Shown: positions 1 through 10,270 of the stretch, piece by piece
Position numbering within the stretch: the stretch's first letter is position 1
Layout of the letters: each line of letters opens with the position of its first letter
Source of the DNA: a virus
Virus record (IMG/VR): IMGVR_UViG_3300033149_006574
Span: 1-64,000 of that record
Length of the DNA stretch: 64,000 nucleotides
Direction: 5' to 3' (one strand)
Made by a program: the position numbers and the translations under genes
Notes under the pieces: generated by a model
The model's input: only the letters and a program-made list of their open reading frames with translations
Told to the model about the DNA's origin: nothing
Database searches by the model: none

Positions 1-3000
1 AGTAACCTCAGGTCTTGCCCCCGCTGGTGTAACTATTTCCTGTCCATGCAAAATTGCAGGAACTTCTTGAGATGGCAAGCCAGGAACTATACCACCACCT
101 TGAAATCGAGGAAGGCTTCTAAAATATGCCGAACTCGGCATAATCCATCCCTCAAACCCATTTCTTATTGCCACAAGATTTCTATTTGCAATTTTTAGTT
201 CCTTATTGGTATCATCATATTTACCAATTATCCACTCCAATCTTTCTTCAATCTCATCAGTACCATCTTCAACTTTATCTCCTATGTCTTCAGTTGTTTC
301 AATCTGCTTTCCTATCAGACCACCCAATAAGCTCCCTACAGCGGTCCAAGCTGCTGATACAGCTGGCCCTATTCCTGGAATAAGTCCTGTTAACGCTCCT
401 GCTAGTGAACCCAACTCTGCACCAGTTTTTGCTTCATTTTTAACAATTGTTTGAGTTCCATCCTGATTGTATTTTATAGTTTCTGCTGTAGATGCCCAAA
501 GAGCATTAATTATATAACTTGCTGCCAAAAGCGAGGTTTCTGCCAATTTACCCGTTTGAGATTTTAATTCATTTTTTATTGCTTCACTATTTTTAACAGA
601 AACATTAACTATTTTTTTATCTCCTTCACTTACCCTGCCCTGTATAGCCAATGGTAATATTCCCCCAGCAATTGTCGCAGTTGTAGGTACATTTGTACCT
701 CTGCCCCCAGTAGCCCAAGTTTCTTGTACGCCCTGAATTAAAGGTGCTAATTTGGTTCTACTTAGTAATTCGTCAATACCACTAAATAACCTGTCCAGTA
801 TCTTTTCTTGCCAGGCGTCACCAATCTTACTAAATACATTTGATATGGTTTCACCAAGTTGTCTCCATTGCTGTTCATGCTTTGACAATCCGCCTTCTGC
901 TACTTCATACCAATCAACTTCAAGGTCAAGTATATCCATCAGCCCCTGTTTAACAGGTCCCTGTATTTCTTCTTTAGCTTTCTCAATTGCTTTTGCATAT
1001 TCCTCTTGATATTCATATAATAATTTTTGTACCTGTAACTTATATTCTAATTCTGTAATTATTCTTCTTTCCCCTCTACTTTCAAGTTCACGACTTGCAA
1101 TTAATTTTTCCCTAAGCTCTGCTAATTTTGTATTTATATCAAATATTTCTTTATTTTTATTAACAATTTCTAGCAAGGCATATTTATGTTCAATTTCAGA
1201 TTTTATCCGGTTAGATGAAAGTGCCGAAAGCTCTTTTTCAACTTTCAACTGCGACTGTATCCATTTAACGATATCTCCTATTACTGCCTTATCCTGTAGG
1301 TCTATTCCCAATTTTTTCAATCGCTCTGATGTAATTTCTTTACCCGATTCCAATAAATTTCTTATTGCATTCAATTCTTTTTTCGTTACATCAGGATATT
1401 TAATAAGAATATCATGAATATTTTTTTCATAATATTCTCTTTCTCTTAAGGCTTTATCCAATGCTGTCTCTTCAATTGCTGTTCGCCTAATAAAATATAA
1501 TTCTTTTTCCCTTTCTCTTACAGCTTTTCTAATTTCTTCAACTGCATATTCCCCCATCTTAGCTATTATTTTCGCCAATTGAAGCTTCTTCAACAACTTA
1601 TCAAGGGCATCGCCCATTAAATTTAATTCTTTCTTACTGATCCCATAATTTTCATATGCAATATTCTCTATTTCTCTGATAATATCCCATCTCTTTTTAT
1701 CTTTATGAAGTAATTCATCAGTTATCTTTCCCTCTCTTACCATATCAGCAATTATTTCTCTTACTGCAACAGTAACTCGGGCTTGATGTGCAAACAATTC
1801 TGGATATTGTTTAATCATTTCTCTAAGCCCTTTTGGCATGGCAGCGAAGATTTTCTCTTGGTCTACACTTAAATCTTTCCCTGTTCTTAGCATCTTTGCT
1901 ATATTACTTAAAATTCCCAATTCCTCTTTTGATATCTGTCCAGTAATGCCCGCTACAATCAAATTGGACCTCATAATCTGAGCACGTTCCTTAATATTCT
2001 TAAGGTCTTCCTCATTTAATTTCATTCCAGTTCTGATAGCTTTTGTAGTATCTACACTTATTATTCCTAGCGAATTTGCAACTCCATTGACTTTTTCAAG
2101 GATGACATTCCATTCTTTAGTTTCAGACAAAGATTTGGCCATCTCTTGCCCTATTTGTTGAATGGCAAAAATAGTATCTGAGAACCATTGTTTCATTAAT
2201 ATTGAAAATTGTCTACTAAAAGTTTTTTCTTGAGCAGTTCTCATTTTTGATGCAGTAAATTCAACACTACCAGTCAATTCTTCAACTGCTTTTTTCCAGG
2301 CCTCATAATGGCCCAGTATCATTGTAATTCCTCTTCCTGCTCTTCTTCCGAAAACCTCGTAAATCCTACCCAATGTCTCAGCAGAATCTATATTGTCCTT
2401 AGTTCTTTCATGTAATTGTTCCATAATATCTATAAAATTAATTGGCCTAGTTGGGTCAAAGGCAATATAAAATTCCCTTCTTAATTTATCACTATCTTTT
2501 GCAAGGCGAACGAAGCTATTGAGGAGAGTTGTACCTGCTCTACTACCACGAATAAGATGTGTATTTAGAAAGCCTATAGTTCCAACCAATTCCTCAAATG
2601 ACATATCCAAAAGACCAGCTGCACCGCCTACATACTTGAAAGCATCTGCAATTTCATTAAGTTCTACTTGATGCTGTGAATAAGCATATGACAAAACATC
2701 AACTATATGGCGAAATCTTTCTGCTTGGAAGAATGTTCCTTCCATTCGGTCGCTAAATAATTTATATGCCCCAGCTACAAGACGAGCGGTAGTTTTTAAA
2801 TCAGACTGTGTAGCAATTGCCAGGTCCAATTCATGTCTAAATCCTGCCATAACATCAGAAGTTTTAAGTCCTATAGTCGCTAGATGATACATTGCATCCG
2901 CCACTTCTTTAAAGCTCATACTAGAAGTTTTACCATAACTATAAACCGCTCTTTCAAGGTCACCAAATTTTCTTTCAAATCCCATTGTTATATTTAAAAC

Positions 3001-3903
3001 TGCATTAACCCTGGCCATTGCTGTTTCTGTTTCTGATGCTTGTTTAAATAATGAAGTAAAAGCCCGTGTTACTGATCTTATTCCTGCATAGGCCATTGTC
3101 CATCCAAAGGCCCAAATAAACATTTTCCTTGCAAATTGTGCTATCATACTGCCAGATTGCTTCAGTTTATGAGCAAACATTTCCATCTTCTCTTTTTGTG
3201 CTTCACTAAGTTCGACGCCCTTTTGTTGAGCTGAAAAGAGCAAATTATATCCTTGACGATAATAATTCATTTTATCGCCAGTTTTTCTATATCTTATTTC
3301 AAGTGCCAATAATTTCTTATTAAGCGTTTCTGCAGTGGGAATTTGGCCTTTAAATTGTTTGGTGAGAAATTGTTGCTGTTTTACTAGTTCTTTTATTCTT
3401 TCAATTTCATCTCTGGATAGGGGTTCCCTCTTATGCATTAAAAGATTTAACTCTTCATTCGTTTCAGCTAATCTTCTTGCAGTTATATCTGTATTAATAT
3501 ACCCTTCAATTAATTCCCTTTTTCTCTGAGCAGTAATTTTTGTAGCCAATTGTTCTTGCTGAAGCCCCTTAACCGCTTTTGCTCTTTCTCTTGTAACTCT
3601 TTTTATCTCCCTCGCAGCTTTTTCACGTTCAGCTATGGTTTTTTCCAGTGCTTTTTTGATCCGCCCGGCTTCTTTTACAGTGGCTCTCTCTTCAGTGGTA
3701 TCTTCTTTAAATGCTTTAATTGCTTCTCTATATTCTTTTGCCTTACGAGTAAGAGTATCTCTTTGACGCTTAAACTTATTTTCTTCTTTTGCTAGGCCAC
3801 TAATCTTTCTTTCTAATTCTTTAATCTGAGCACTGGTTTCACGAAAACCTGTAGGCTCAGCATTTATAATAAGATTAATTAAATCTGTAGATATACTAGC
3901 CAT
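1..3903 (-). CDS. Tail tape measure protein (TP901-like core), 3' end beyond the window edge
   Basis: Not in the ORF track. ATG at 3903 (MASISTDLINLIINAEPTGF); segments I translated by hand are in frame through to base 1. TMP core ...KEVADAMYHLATIG...DLAIATQSDL...EIADAFKYVGGAAGLLDISFEELVGTIG...GSRAGTTL and C-terminal GGIVPGLPSQEVPAILHGQEIV. Confidence 0.92.
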   Translation of the reverse strand, partial: MASISTDLINLIINAEPTGFRETSAQIKELERKISGLAKEENKFKRQRDTLTRKAKEYREAIKAFKEDTTEERATVKEAGRIKKALEKTIAEREKAAREIKRVTRERAKAVKGLQQEQLATKITAQRKRELIEGYINTDITARRLAETNEELNLLMHKREPLSRDEIERIKELVKQQQFLTKQFKGQIPTAETLNKKLLALEIRYRKTGDKMNYYRQGYNLLFSAQQKGVELSEAQKEKMEMFAHKLKQSGSMIAQFARKMFIWAFGWTMAYAGIRSVTRAFTSLFKQASETETAMARVNAVLNITMGFERKFGDLERAVYSYGKTSSMSFKEVADAMYHLATIGLKTSDVMAGFRHELDLAIATQSDLKTTARLVAGAYKLFSDRMEGTFFQAERFRHIVDVLSYAYSQHQVELNEIADAFKYVGGAAGLLDMSFEELVGTIGFLNTHLIRGSRAGTTLLNSFVRLAKDSDKLRREFYIAFDPTRPINFIDIMEQLHERTKDNIDSAETLGRIYEVFGRRAGRGITMILGHYEAWKKAVEELTGSVEFTASKMRTAQEKTFSRQFSILMKQWFSDTIFAIQQIGQEMAKSLSETKEWNVILEKVNGVANSLGIISVDTTKAIRTGMKLNEEDLKNIKERAQIMRSNLIVAGITGQISKEELGILSNIAKMLRTGKDLSVDQEKIFAAMPKGLREMIKQYPELFAHQARVTVAVREIIADMVREGKITDELLHKDKKRWDIIREIENIAYENYGISKKELNLMGDALDKLLKKLQLAKIIAKMGEYAVEEIRKAVREREKELYFIRRTAIEETALDKALREREYYEKNIHDILIKYPDVTKKELNAIRNLLESGKEITSERLKKLGIDLQDKAVIGDIVKWIQSQLKVEKELSALSSNRIKSEIEHKYALLEIVNKNKEIFDINTKLAELREKLIASRELESRGERRIITELEYKLQVQKLLYEYQEEYAKAIEKAKEEIQGPVKQGLMDILDLEVDWYEVAEGGLSKHEQQWRQLGETISNVFSKIGDAWQEKILDRLFSGIDELLSRTKLAPLIQGVQETWATGGRGTNVPTTATIAGGILPLAIQGRVSEGDKKIVNVSVKNSEAIKNELKSQTGKLAETSLLAASYIINALWASTAETIKYNQDGTQTIVKNEAKTGAELGSLAGALTGLIPGIGPAVSAAWTAVGSLLGGLIGKQIETTEDIGDKVEDGTDEIEERLEWIIGKYDDTNKELKIANRNLVAIRNGFEGWIMPSSAYFRSLPRFQGGGIVPGLPSQEVPAILHGQEIVTPAGARPEVT

Positions 3904-4746
3904 TTAATGCCTCATCTGAGAATTTAATTACTTTTGATTTTGCATCCGATTTTAAATTTGTTTTTTTGTTCATTTCATTCATTTCATTTATTTCTGTAAT
4001 TTCATCAAGTAATAATTGCTCATCAGTAAGTCCATATTTTAAGTTTCCTTCAGCAAGTTCTCCCCAGATTTCTCTTCCGAAGGGATTAAGCCCCCACCGC
4101 TTGGCGAAGGCTCTTCGTCTTTTCCAGGCGGGGGCGTTTGCAATTTTTTTATTTCTTCTTCATTTTTTCTTATTTCTATTATATATTTACTTATTATATC
4201 ATTTGCCTCTGCCATAGAAAGAATTTCTCCAACCTGCTGAGGAGAAGAAAAGATTTTTTTATCATGGTTTTCTATATCTCTTAAGGAAAGAAAGATAAGA
4301 ACTGACATATTAGCATTACGCTCAATTTCCTGAAATACATTCCTCTCCTTATAACTTTCATATTCAATAAGTAGATCCCCCTCAGGAGGATCGGGAAAAT
4401 ATAACACACTGGTTATAGGGTCAAAGGTATATTTTTCTTCAGGAACAGTATTATTATCTAACTTAATAGATAATGTATCCTCTTTGGGTGTTCCTTTAAG
4501 GTGATACATTTTACGCTTTCCATCGGCCTTTATTTCATTACTTATTTTTTCCAATGTTATTAGACCAAGCCTTACTGCTTCTTCTAATTTCTTATTGAAA
4601 TATGCTGTAAAATAAACACGACTGTCATAACCAATTCTTGCCCACCATACTTTCCTATTTTTCCCAAGGAAATTTATTTCCATTTCCCCTTCAGGTCTTA
4701 CAACCTCAATAATTTCATTTTCATTTTCGTTTTCTTTTTTAATCAT
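3896..4746 (-). CDS. Tail assembly chaperone, -1 frameshifted long form (gpGT-like)
   Basis: The -1 frame after A-AAA-AAA (4150-4144) reads IANAPAWKRRRAFAKRWGLNPFG...GLTDEQLLLDE...DEALNG* and stops at 3896, overlapping the TMP start. Confidence 0.75.
4039..4746 (-). CDS. Tail assembly chaperone (gpG-like, short form)
   Basis: Lies between tail tube and tape measure genes; carries a slippery site near its 3' end. Confidence 0.7.
   Translation of the reverse strand: MIKKENENENEIIEVVRPEGEMEINFLGKNRKVWWARIGYDSRVYFTAYFNKKLEEAVRLGLITLEKISNEIKADGKRKMYHLKGTPKEDTLSIKLDNNTVPEEKYTFDPITSVLYFPDPPEGDLLIEYESYKERNVFQEIERNANMSVLIFLSLRDIENHDKKIFSSPQQVGEILSMAEANDIISKYIIEIRKNEEEIKKLQTPPPGKDEEPSPSGGGLIPSEEKSGENLLKET
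4090..4150 (-). promoter_or_regulatory. Programmed -1 ribosomal frameshift signal (slippery A7 plus stem-loop)
   Basis: ATA AAA AAA TTG, then 8 nt downstream a GCCCCCGCC/GGTGGGGGC stem enclosing CGAAG/CTTCG. Confidence 0.75.
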
Positions 4747-4785
4747 TTCTCTTTCCTCCCCTATGTCTTTATTAATTTATATAAC

Positions 4786-4829
4786 AAAAAAGGGGGATAC
4801 ATACCAAAAATGATATATATTCCCCCTTT
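4786..4829 (-). terminator. Rho-independent terminator after tail tube gene
   Basis: AAAGGGGGA...TCCCCCTTT inverted repeat with a T-run on the minus strand. Confidence 0.6.
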
Positions 4830-4863
4830 AATATTTTCACCTTATAAAGAAGCCCCCTTTCTT

Positions 4864-5565
4864 TTATGTCTTCTTATGAACTATCCTTACCACATCCCCA
4901 TCATCTGGTGCGGTATTAAATGTGATTTTGGCATTTACTGGCGTTGCCGCTTCTGGATCGCCAGCAATAAATGTATAATCTGTCGATTTAATACCAGCAC
5001 CCTTCTCTACAAAATAAACTTCGTCTTCATCGGTAAGTGGCTCAGTAAGCTCAAATTCTTTAGTCGTGCCATCGCCTTCTTTCTGCGTGACAGTTGCTTC
5101 GCCTTCAACTTGAACATTTATATCCGAACCACCTTCTATCGTATACTCAACCGTAGCTTCAACCGCCTGTGTTCCTGATTTTGTTCTTGCTTTCCATCCA
5201 TTTATGACCTGAGTAAGATTATAATTACCCGTATCGGGATCCCTATATCTTGCACATATATTAACCTTTGTTGAATCTTCTAATGTTAGACTCTTAGATG
5301 TAGTGGGATCAATCCCCCAAAGATATGCAAGTTCAACCAAATCTCTTCCGAGAAGTGTAATAGAAGCACCATAACTCGCAGTTCCATATAATACCTTGGT
5401 AGCTTCAACTCCAAGCTCAGAAACCCTGGTCTCAGTCTGCTCTTCTGTAGGATTGCAGTTCTGCGCCCCCCTCAGAAGATGTTCTGAATTATCTGAGGGT
5501 TTTATAATATAAACCTCTACTTCTTTTCCCTGATAACCTGCAATATCGTGTCCTGTGAAACCCAT
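4864..5565 (-). CDS. Major tail (tube) protein
   Basis: Synteny, Thr/Gly-rich beta-type composition, strong SD (GGGGGTGA), C-terminal GDGTTKEF..ITFNTAP domain. Confidence 0.7.
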   Translation of the reverse strand: MGFTGHDIAGYQGKEVEVYIIKPSDNSEHLLRGAQNCNPTEEQTETRVSELGVEATKVLYGTASYGASITLLGRDLVELAYLWGIDPTTSKSLTLEDSTKVNICARYRDPDTGNYNLTQVINGWKARTKSGTQAVEATVEYTIEGGSDINVQVEGEATVTQKEGDGTTKEFELTEPLTDEDEVYFVEKGAGIKSTDYTFIAGDPEAATPVNAKITFNTAPDDGDVVRIVHKKT

Positions 5566-5596
5566 GTTGTATCACCCCCTTTTTTTAATATTTTTT

Positions 5597-6040
5597 TTAT
5601 TCTATGTGGCTTACTTCAAATGTAATTAAAGCCCTTTCTTTAGCAATATTTTCAAAGACATAAGCATACGAATATTCAATGGATAAATTTTTTATATATA
5701 AAAGACCAATCCGTTCCTCTGGATTTTGGTCATAATCCATCAAAGGAACAGTTCTTTGAGAACTGAAAATATTATGTATTTCGGAACAAATTTTATCTCT
5801 AACAAATTTATCATCAGTAAATAAGTTACATTCAAATCTTATCGGCTTATTATATTTTCCACCCAATTCATATTCATCTGTAGGCATCAAAGAGGATATC
5901 TCCAGCGCCATACATGGTATCTGAAGCTCTTGCTCAGTTTCAGGCCATTTAGGAACAATCGTAAGATCTGTTATTCCAGATTCTTTTAGCTTTGTATCAA
6001 GAAAATTATAGATGGTTTCCTTAATATTTGAAATTTTCAT
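5597..6040 (-). CDS. Tail terminator/completion protein
   Basis: 147 aa, directly upstream of the tail tube gene. Confidence 0.55.
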   Translation of the reverse strand: MKISNIKETIYNFLDTKLKESGITDLTIVPKWPETEQELQIPCMALEISSLMPTDEYELGGKYNKPIRFECNLFTDDKFVRDKICSEIHNIFSSQRTVPLMDYDQNPEERIGLLYIKNLSIEYSYAYVFENIAKERALITFEVSHIE

Positions 6041-6044
6041 TTTT

Positions 6045-6722
6045 TTATAATTTTACGGGAACCATTCTGCCAGATCCTAATACCTCTTTTAAATGCATAT
6101 CAACTAATGCAGGTACAAGTCTTTTTAATGTTCTACGAAGTTCATAACGACTTCTTCTAATAAAACCAACGCCCTTGTATCCTGGATGCCAAAATGGTCC
6201 GTATCTTAATATGAACCCCGTCTTATCAAATAGCCTCTCATCTGACTTGGTTACTTTACCATAAACTTCTTCAAGACTTCTAAGATGAACTTTCATCAAA
6301 TTTGGAGATTTAATTTCATGCGCTTTAGCTCCACCCTCAACTACTCGCCAATAGGGAAAAGGTTGTTTGCCCATTCTTGCCGTTCTTTTTATACACCAAT
6401 CATCTAATTTTTTCTGGTCAAAAACTCGACCTATAATGCAATATTTTCTTTCTACCCTTTTCGGTCCTTCAAATTTTACCTCTTCTTTTTCAATCCTATC
6501 TACCAACCCATCAGTTTCCCATCCCTGGTAACTACCTCTTAAAATTTCTCCTGCACGACTAGGCAAAAGCCTCAATTCCTTTTCTATAATAGGGCTAAGA
6601 AATTTAAGTAGAGTTTTTCCCTGAGCAAACCCCCTTCCTTTAAAATAGCCCATAACAGCGCTATTAAATTCAATCTTCTGCCTTAGGTAATACATTTTCT
6701 TTTTTCTTATCTTTAAATACAA
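6045..6722 (-). CDS. Neck/virion morphogenesis protein (HK97 gp10-like)
   Basis: Basic protein with YWRVVEGGAKAHEI and WHPGYKG motifs; synteny. Confidence 0.55.
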   Translation of the reverse strand: MYLKIRKKKMYYLRQKIEFNSAVMGYFKGRGFAQGKTLLKFLSPIIEKELRLLPSRAGEILRGSYQGWETDGLVDRIEKEEVKFEGPKRVERKYCIIGRVFDQKKLDDWCIKRTARMGKQPFPYWRVVEGGAKAHEIKSPNLMKVHLRSLEEVYGKVTKSDERLFDKTGFILRYGPFWHPGYKGVGFIRRSRYELRRTLKRLVPALVDMHLKEVLGSGRMVPVKL

Positions 6723-6990
6723 TAACAGATTTATTTGGTATTACCCTACTCTGTGACAGGATAATATTTGCAATTTGAATTAAATCATTTCCCTGTCTAA
6801 GAAGAATCTTGCGAATCTTGGCAAAACCCGTTTCTTTTCCTCTTTCGCCTTTGTTAAAAAATTCAGGCTTAATGTCATAATTCTTAGTTTCCTCTTCAAT
6901 CGCTGTCAGAACAGTTTTGAATATCACATTCATTCTGTTCTTAACCATCCATGCAAATCTTTTTTCTGCTGTTTGCTGTTCTTTTTCCAT
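6670..6990 (-). CDS. Hypothetical protein in head-tail module
   Basis: ORF with RBS inside the late operon. Confidence 0.5.
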   Translation of the reverse strand: MEKEQQTAEKRFAWMVKNRMNVIFKTVLTAIEEETKNYDIKPEFFNKGERGKETGFAKIRKILLRQGNDLIQIANIILSQSRVIPNKSVIVFKDKKKENVLPKAED

Positions 6991-6994
6991 TTTT

Positions 6995-7441
6995 TTAATC
7001 CTCCTTTCTTTTTATACAAACAACTCGAACTTTTGTCCCCAAGCTATTTTCTGTAATATTTTTAATTGTAAATTTTGTATTATCTGGAGACTCAAGAAAT
7101 AAATCATTTTTCTGCACATTTTCCAAATAAGTTGTCTCATCTTTATCAAAATCTATTATTGCATCACCTGATATAAAACTTCCTATTTCAAATTGCTTCC
7201 TAACATCTTCTGTTAGCCAATAAAGAAGCCCCTTTGCTTTTCTAGTTTCAAAGGTCTTAATCCAATATTCGCCCCCACAAGTAGGACAAGAAGGATTTTT
7301 GCTTCTATTATATAATTTATCCAAAGTGCAATCAGGACAAGGGGTAATTGATTTTAAATATTTTATAGTAAAATCAAACCCATAATTATTCCTGATATCA
7401 TTCTCTATTCTTCTGATATATGTTTTATGTTTATCAAGCAT
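6995..7441 (-). CDS. Head closure/stopper protein with CxxC-CxxC insert
   Basis: Follows the adaptor gene; CPDC...CPTC motif. Confidence 0.55.
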   Translation of the reverse strand: MLDKHKTYIRRIENDIRNNYGFDFTIKYLKSITPCPDCTLDKLYNRSKNPSCPTCGGEYWIKTFETRKAKGLLYWLTEDVRKQFEIGSFISGDAIIDFDKDETTYLENVQKNDLFLESPDNTKFTIKNITENSLGTKVRVVCIKRKED

Positions 7442-7449
7442 CTTGAAAC

Positions 7450-8061
7450 CTAAACTATTACAGCTAAGGGTTCCTTAATCCCAATACTTGCTAACAAACG
7501 CTGAAGCTCATTATCAATATCTCTAATCTGGTTACTATATGGCATATCGTCATATCTTAAAGTATACTGATCTAATTTTTCTGATGTAAGCCCCTGACTA
7601 TCATAATTCCCTTTTGCAAAAAGAACTAATCTTGAAGCTATAAGAAAACAAGCCCTTTTAGCAAGTTTCAGAATATTTTCATCAGTAAAGCCCCATTTAT
7701 AAATAATCTTAATGTTTCTTTTGCCCTCTGGGAATAACGCATTATTCTTCAAAACTATTTTTCCAATTTCATTATAGAGATAATAGGAATCACTGTCCTT
7801 TGAGGTAGTATTAATTGTCAAAGAGCTGATTGAGATCACAGGATAATGACGAAGGAAAAGAACGCTCTTTTCATCACCATCATAAATTTCTGTAACCTCA
7901 GTTTCTTCAAATCTTTTATTTGTGGAACTCAGCAAAATGTCCTCAGCATCTGACATATATTGCTGAATTTCATTATCTGTTATAATAACAGGCGTGGCTA
8001 GGTCGCTTTCTACCTTAGTAAATTTTCTAATTTTATCAATGTAACTATTATCCAGTAACAT
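7450..8061 (-). CDS. Head-tail adaptor (gp6/gp15-like)
   Basis: Directly after capsid; YDGD..LFLRHYPV, NIKIIYKWG, SEKLDQYTLRY motifs. Confidence 0.7.
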   Translation of the reverse strand: MLLDNSYIDKIRKFTKVESDLATPVIITDNEIQQYMSDAEDILLSSTNKRFEETEVTEIYDGDEKSVLFLRHYPVISISSLTINTTSKDSDSYYLYNEIGKIVLKNNALFPEGKRNIKIIYKWGFTDENILKLAKRACFLIASRLVLFAKGNYDSQGLTSEKLDQYTLRYDDMPYSNQIRDIDNELQRLLASIGIKEPLAVIV

Positions 8062-8081
8062 TTAATTCCTTCCTTATTTTA

Positions 8082-8130
8082 CCTGGGGTCTGGAGGGAAG
8101 GCGAGACAAAATTAAAATCCAGACCCCAGG
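8082..8130. repeat. 13-bp perfect inverted repeat after the capsid gene
   Basis: CCTGGGGTCTGGA / TCCAGACCCCAGG; no U-tract on the coding strand, so probably an mRNA-stabilising hairpin. Confidence 0.7.
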
Positions 8131-8140
8131 GGAACAATTA

Positions 8141-9043
8141 TTATGTCCCTATATTTTTAATAACACAATGAAGCTTTGATGCACCTTTAACAGCCAGTGC
8201 CTCATATCCATTTATCCTGAATGCCCTAGCATCTGCAGTAACTTTAACTTCCTCATACCCAATTTCTTTTGCTACTGCCATAACCAGTTTCGAACGGTCC
8301 AGCACAAGTGCGTAACTTGCTGAACCTGAAGGCGTAGCACCATTAGCAACATCTGTCGGTACATAAGCTGATACATAAACAGGAATACCCTTATAGGATA
8401 CCAACTTAACCCCAGGCGTTACTTCTACTTTCTCCCATTCATATTTATATTGACCCCTGAAATACTTATCCAAATTCAATTTATCTCTGGCAGAAATCAC
8501 AATTAGAGTAGGTATTCCACCATTATTCACAATCTTAGAAATTGCTTCATCCAGTGCATCCAATCCATCACTGGAGCCAAGAGAGTTACCATAAAGGTTA
8601 ACTTCCTGTGTTATCTGCTTCCTTAATCCATCAAATTCTTTTGAATTACTTGAAGAATCTCCCTGAATAATAAGTTTCTCTTCTAATTGAGCAAGTGCTT
8701 CTGTTGCTCCTTCAATCTCCGAAGCCCACGGATCCAATATATCTCCGCCTACTTTAAGCATAAGGCCAGAAACCTGCCCTTCTGCTTCTATCATCTTTAT
8801 GGATACAGACTTACGTCCATATGTCGACTGAGTTGCCCCAAAGCTATCAGTCTCATCATATGCTTTTGCTGTTGCCAATGCACTTCTTTCATTCCATTCA
8901 TAAGCATTTGTGGACCATTTTACCCTCTTAATAAGAGTTCTCAATGGACAAATCTTATTCGCCAGTTCTATAAGCTCTGGATCAATTTTTTCTGGAATCA
9001 AAGCTGTTGCATCCGTTGTTAACGCTTTTTCAAGATCAAGCAC
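8141..9043 (-). CDS. Major capsid protein (HK97 fold)
   Basis: Follows protease/scaffold; ALIPEKIDPEL, EEKLIIQGD..EFDGL, YKGIPV motifs; SD AGGAGGTGA. Confidence 0.85.
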   Translation of the reverse strand: MLDLEKALTTDATALIPEKIDPELIELANKICPLRTLIKRVKWSTNAYEWNERSALATAKAYDETDSFGATQSTYGRKSVSIKMIEAEGQVSGLMLKVGGDILDPWASEIEGATEALAQLEEKLIIQGDSSSNSKEFDGLRKQITQEVNLYGNSLGSSDGLDALDEAISKIVNNGGIPTLIVISARDKLNLDKYFRGQYKYEWEKVEVTPGVKLVSYKGIPVYVSAYVPTDVANGATPSGSASYALVLDRSKLVMAVAKEIGYEEVKVTADARAFRINGYEALAVKGASKLHCVIKNIGT

Positions 9044-9088
9044 CTTATATCACCTCCTTTTTTTCGTTTTTAATTTAAATTAAATTTT

Positions 9089-10204
9089 TTATTTGCTTTC
9101 TATTTGCTTTTTTAATTTTAAGCGAAGCCTTTGTTCCAATGGAAGGCTGTTCCACTCCTTTTGAAATTCTTCTTTATCAATTTCTTCACTATTTACTAAT
9201 TTCTTTTTTTCATTTCCAGGAATTTTTGATAATACCTGAGTTATTGTTTCTTCAATATCTTTTTTTGTTACTATATTCTTCTGAATCTCCTCCAATGCTT
9301 TTTCGACATTACTTTGTTCCTCATCATCAGAAACTTCTTTTTTCTCACCATAACCATAATCCCCATCTTTTCCTTCTTCCAGTTCAGCTATAAGACCCTG
9401 TAAAATATTAATAATCTTCTTTAATTCAGCGGAAACTTTTTTGACATCGGGATATTTGTCTTTATCCTTAGCTTTTTCGGTATTCTCATCTTTTTGTATC
9501 TCATCTTGCTTAGTCTCGTCCTTCGTCTCTTCTTTTACTTCTTGGTTTGTTTTAACTTCTTCCGTTTTCTCTTCATTCTTCGTCTCATCTGTTTCAGTTT
9601 TCACTTCATTCTCTTCGGGCTTTGTCTCATCCACTTCTTTTTTAACGATTTCACCCATGTTAGGTTCACCTCCTTCTTCGTCGTAATTTTCAAGTGCTTT
9701 ATTCATATACCAAGATACGACCTTACATTTAACATTCGCAGGCAAAGCAACTAAGCTTACCTCCCTAAATGTAAAGTCCAATATCTTTGTAACCCAGCGT
9801 TTAATTTTTTCAGAATATTCTTGTACAACCTTTTTTATGCTTCCCCCGAGACTAAATCCATCTAATATTCCTTCTTTTATCTGTTGCCAGATATCTTTAC
9901 GGGTTTGTGAAATTAAAGCCTTAATCCAGATTTTCGCAGGTTGTTCATCTAGAAATTTATGTTCAACAACTCTACCCACCAATATTTCTGGATTATGTCC
10001 ATATAAAAGCTTATCCCTAGTATCTAAACTACGTTCTGCATTCCGTAACGCTTCAGCTGTAAGATACATTGGAGGTTCCGAATCATCTTCTCCTTCGACA
10101 GCTGCGTAACCTTCTACAAACCATTTTTCTTCTTTCTCTTTCTCGCTTTTTTCTGTCCAGAATTTCTGAACTTTTACCGGAAATTCAAATGGGTATTCTT
10201 TCAT
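9089..10204 (-). CDS. Prohead protease fused to an acidic scaffold domain
   Basis: VEGYAA, LYGH, GFSLGG, EVSLVALPAN (HK97 protease); Glu/Lys-rich C-half with an internal AGGAGGTGA-ATG (MGEIVKKE) suggesting a nested scaffold start. Confidence 0.88.
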   Translation of the reverse strand: MKEYPFEFPVKVQKFWTEKSEKEKEEKWFVEGYAAVEGEDDSEPPMYLTAEALRNAERSLDTRDKLLYGHNPEILVGRVVEHKFLDEQPAKIWIKALISQTRKDIWQQIKEGILDGFSLGGSIKKVVQEYSEKIKRWVTKILDFTFREVSLVALPANVKCKVVSWYMNKALENYDEEGGEPNMGEIVKKEVDETKPEENEVKTETDETKNEEKTEEVKTNQEVKEETKDETKQDEIQKDENTEKAKDKDKYPDVKKVSAELKKIINILQGLIAELEEGKDGDYGYGEKKEVSDDEEQSNVEKALEEIQKNIVTKKDIEETITQVLSKIPGNEKKKLVNSEEIDKEEFQKEWNSLPLEQRLRLKLKKQIESK

Positions 10205-10270
10205 TTTTAAAAATCCTCCTAAAAAATAATTTATCCCTTCATTAATTAATTAGGATAATGGCGACGATTT

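Noticed and set aside
168-4217. Plus-strand ORFs in the first 4 kb
   Set aside because: Shadow ORFs opposite the tape measure and chaperone genes.
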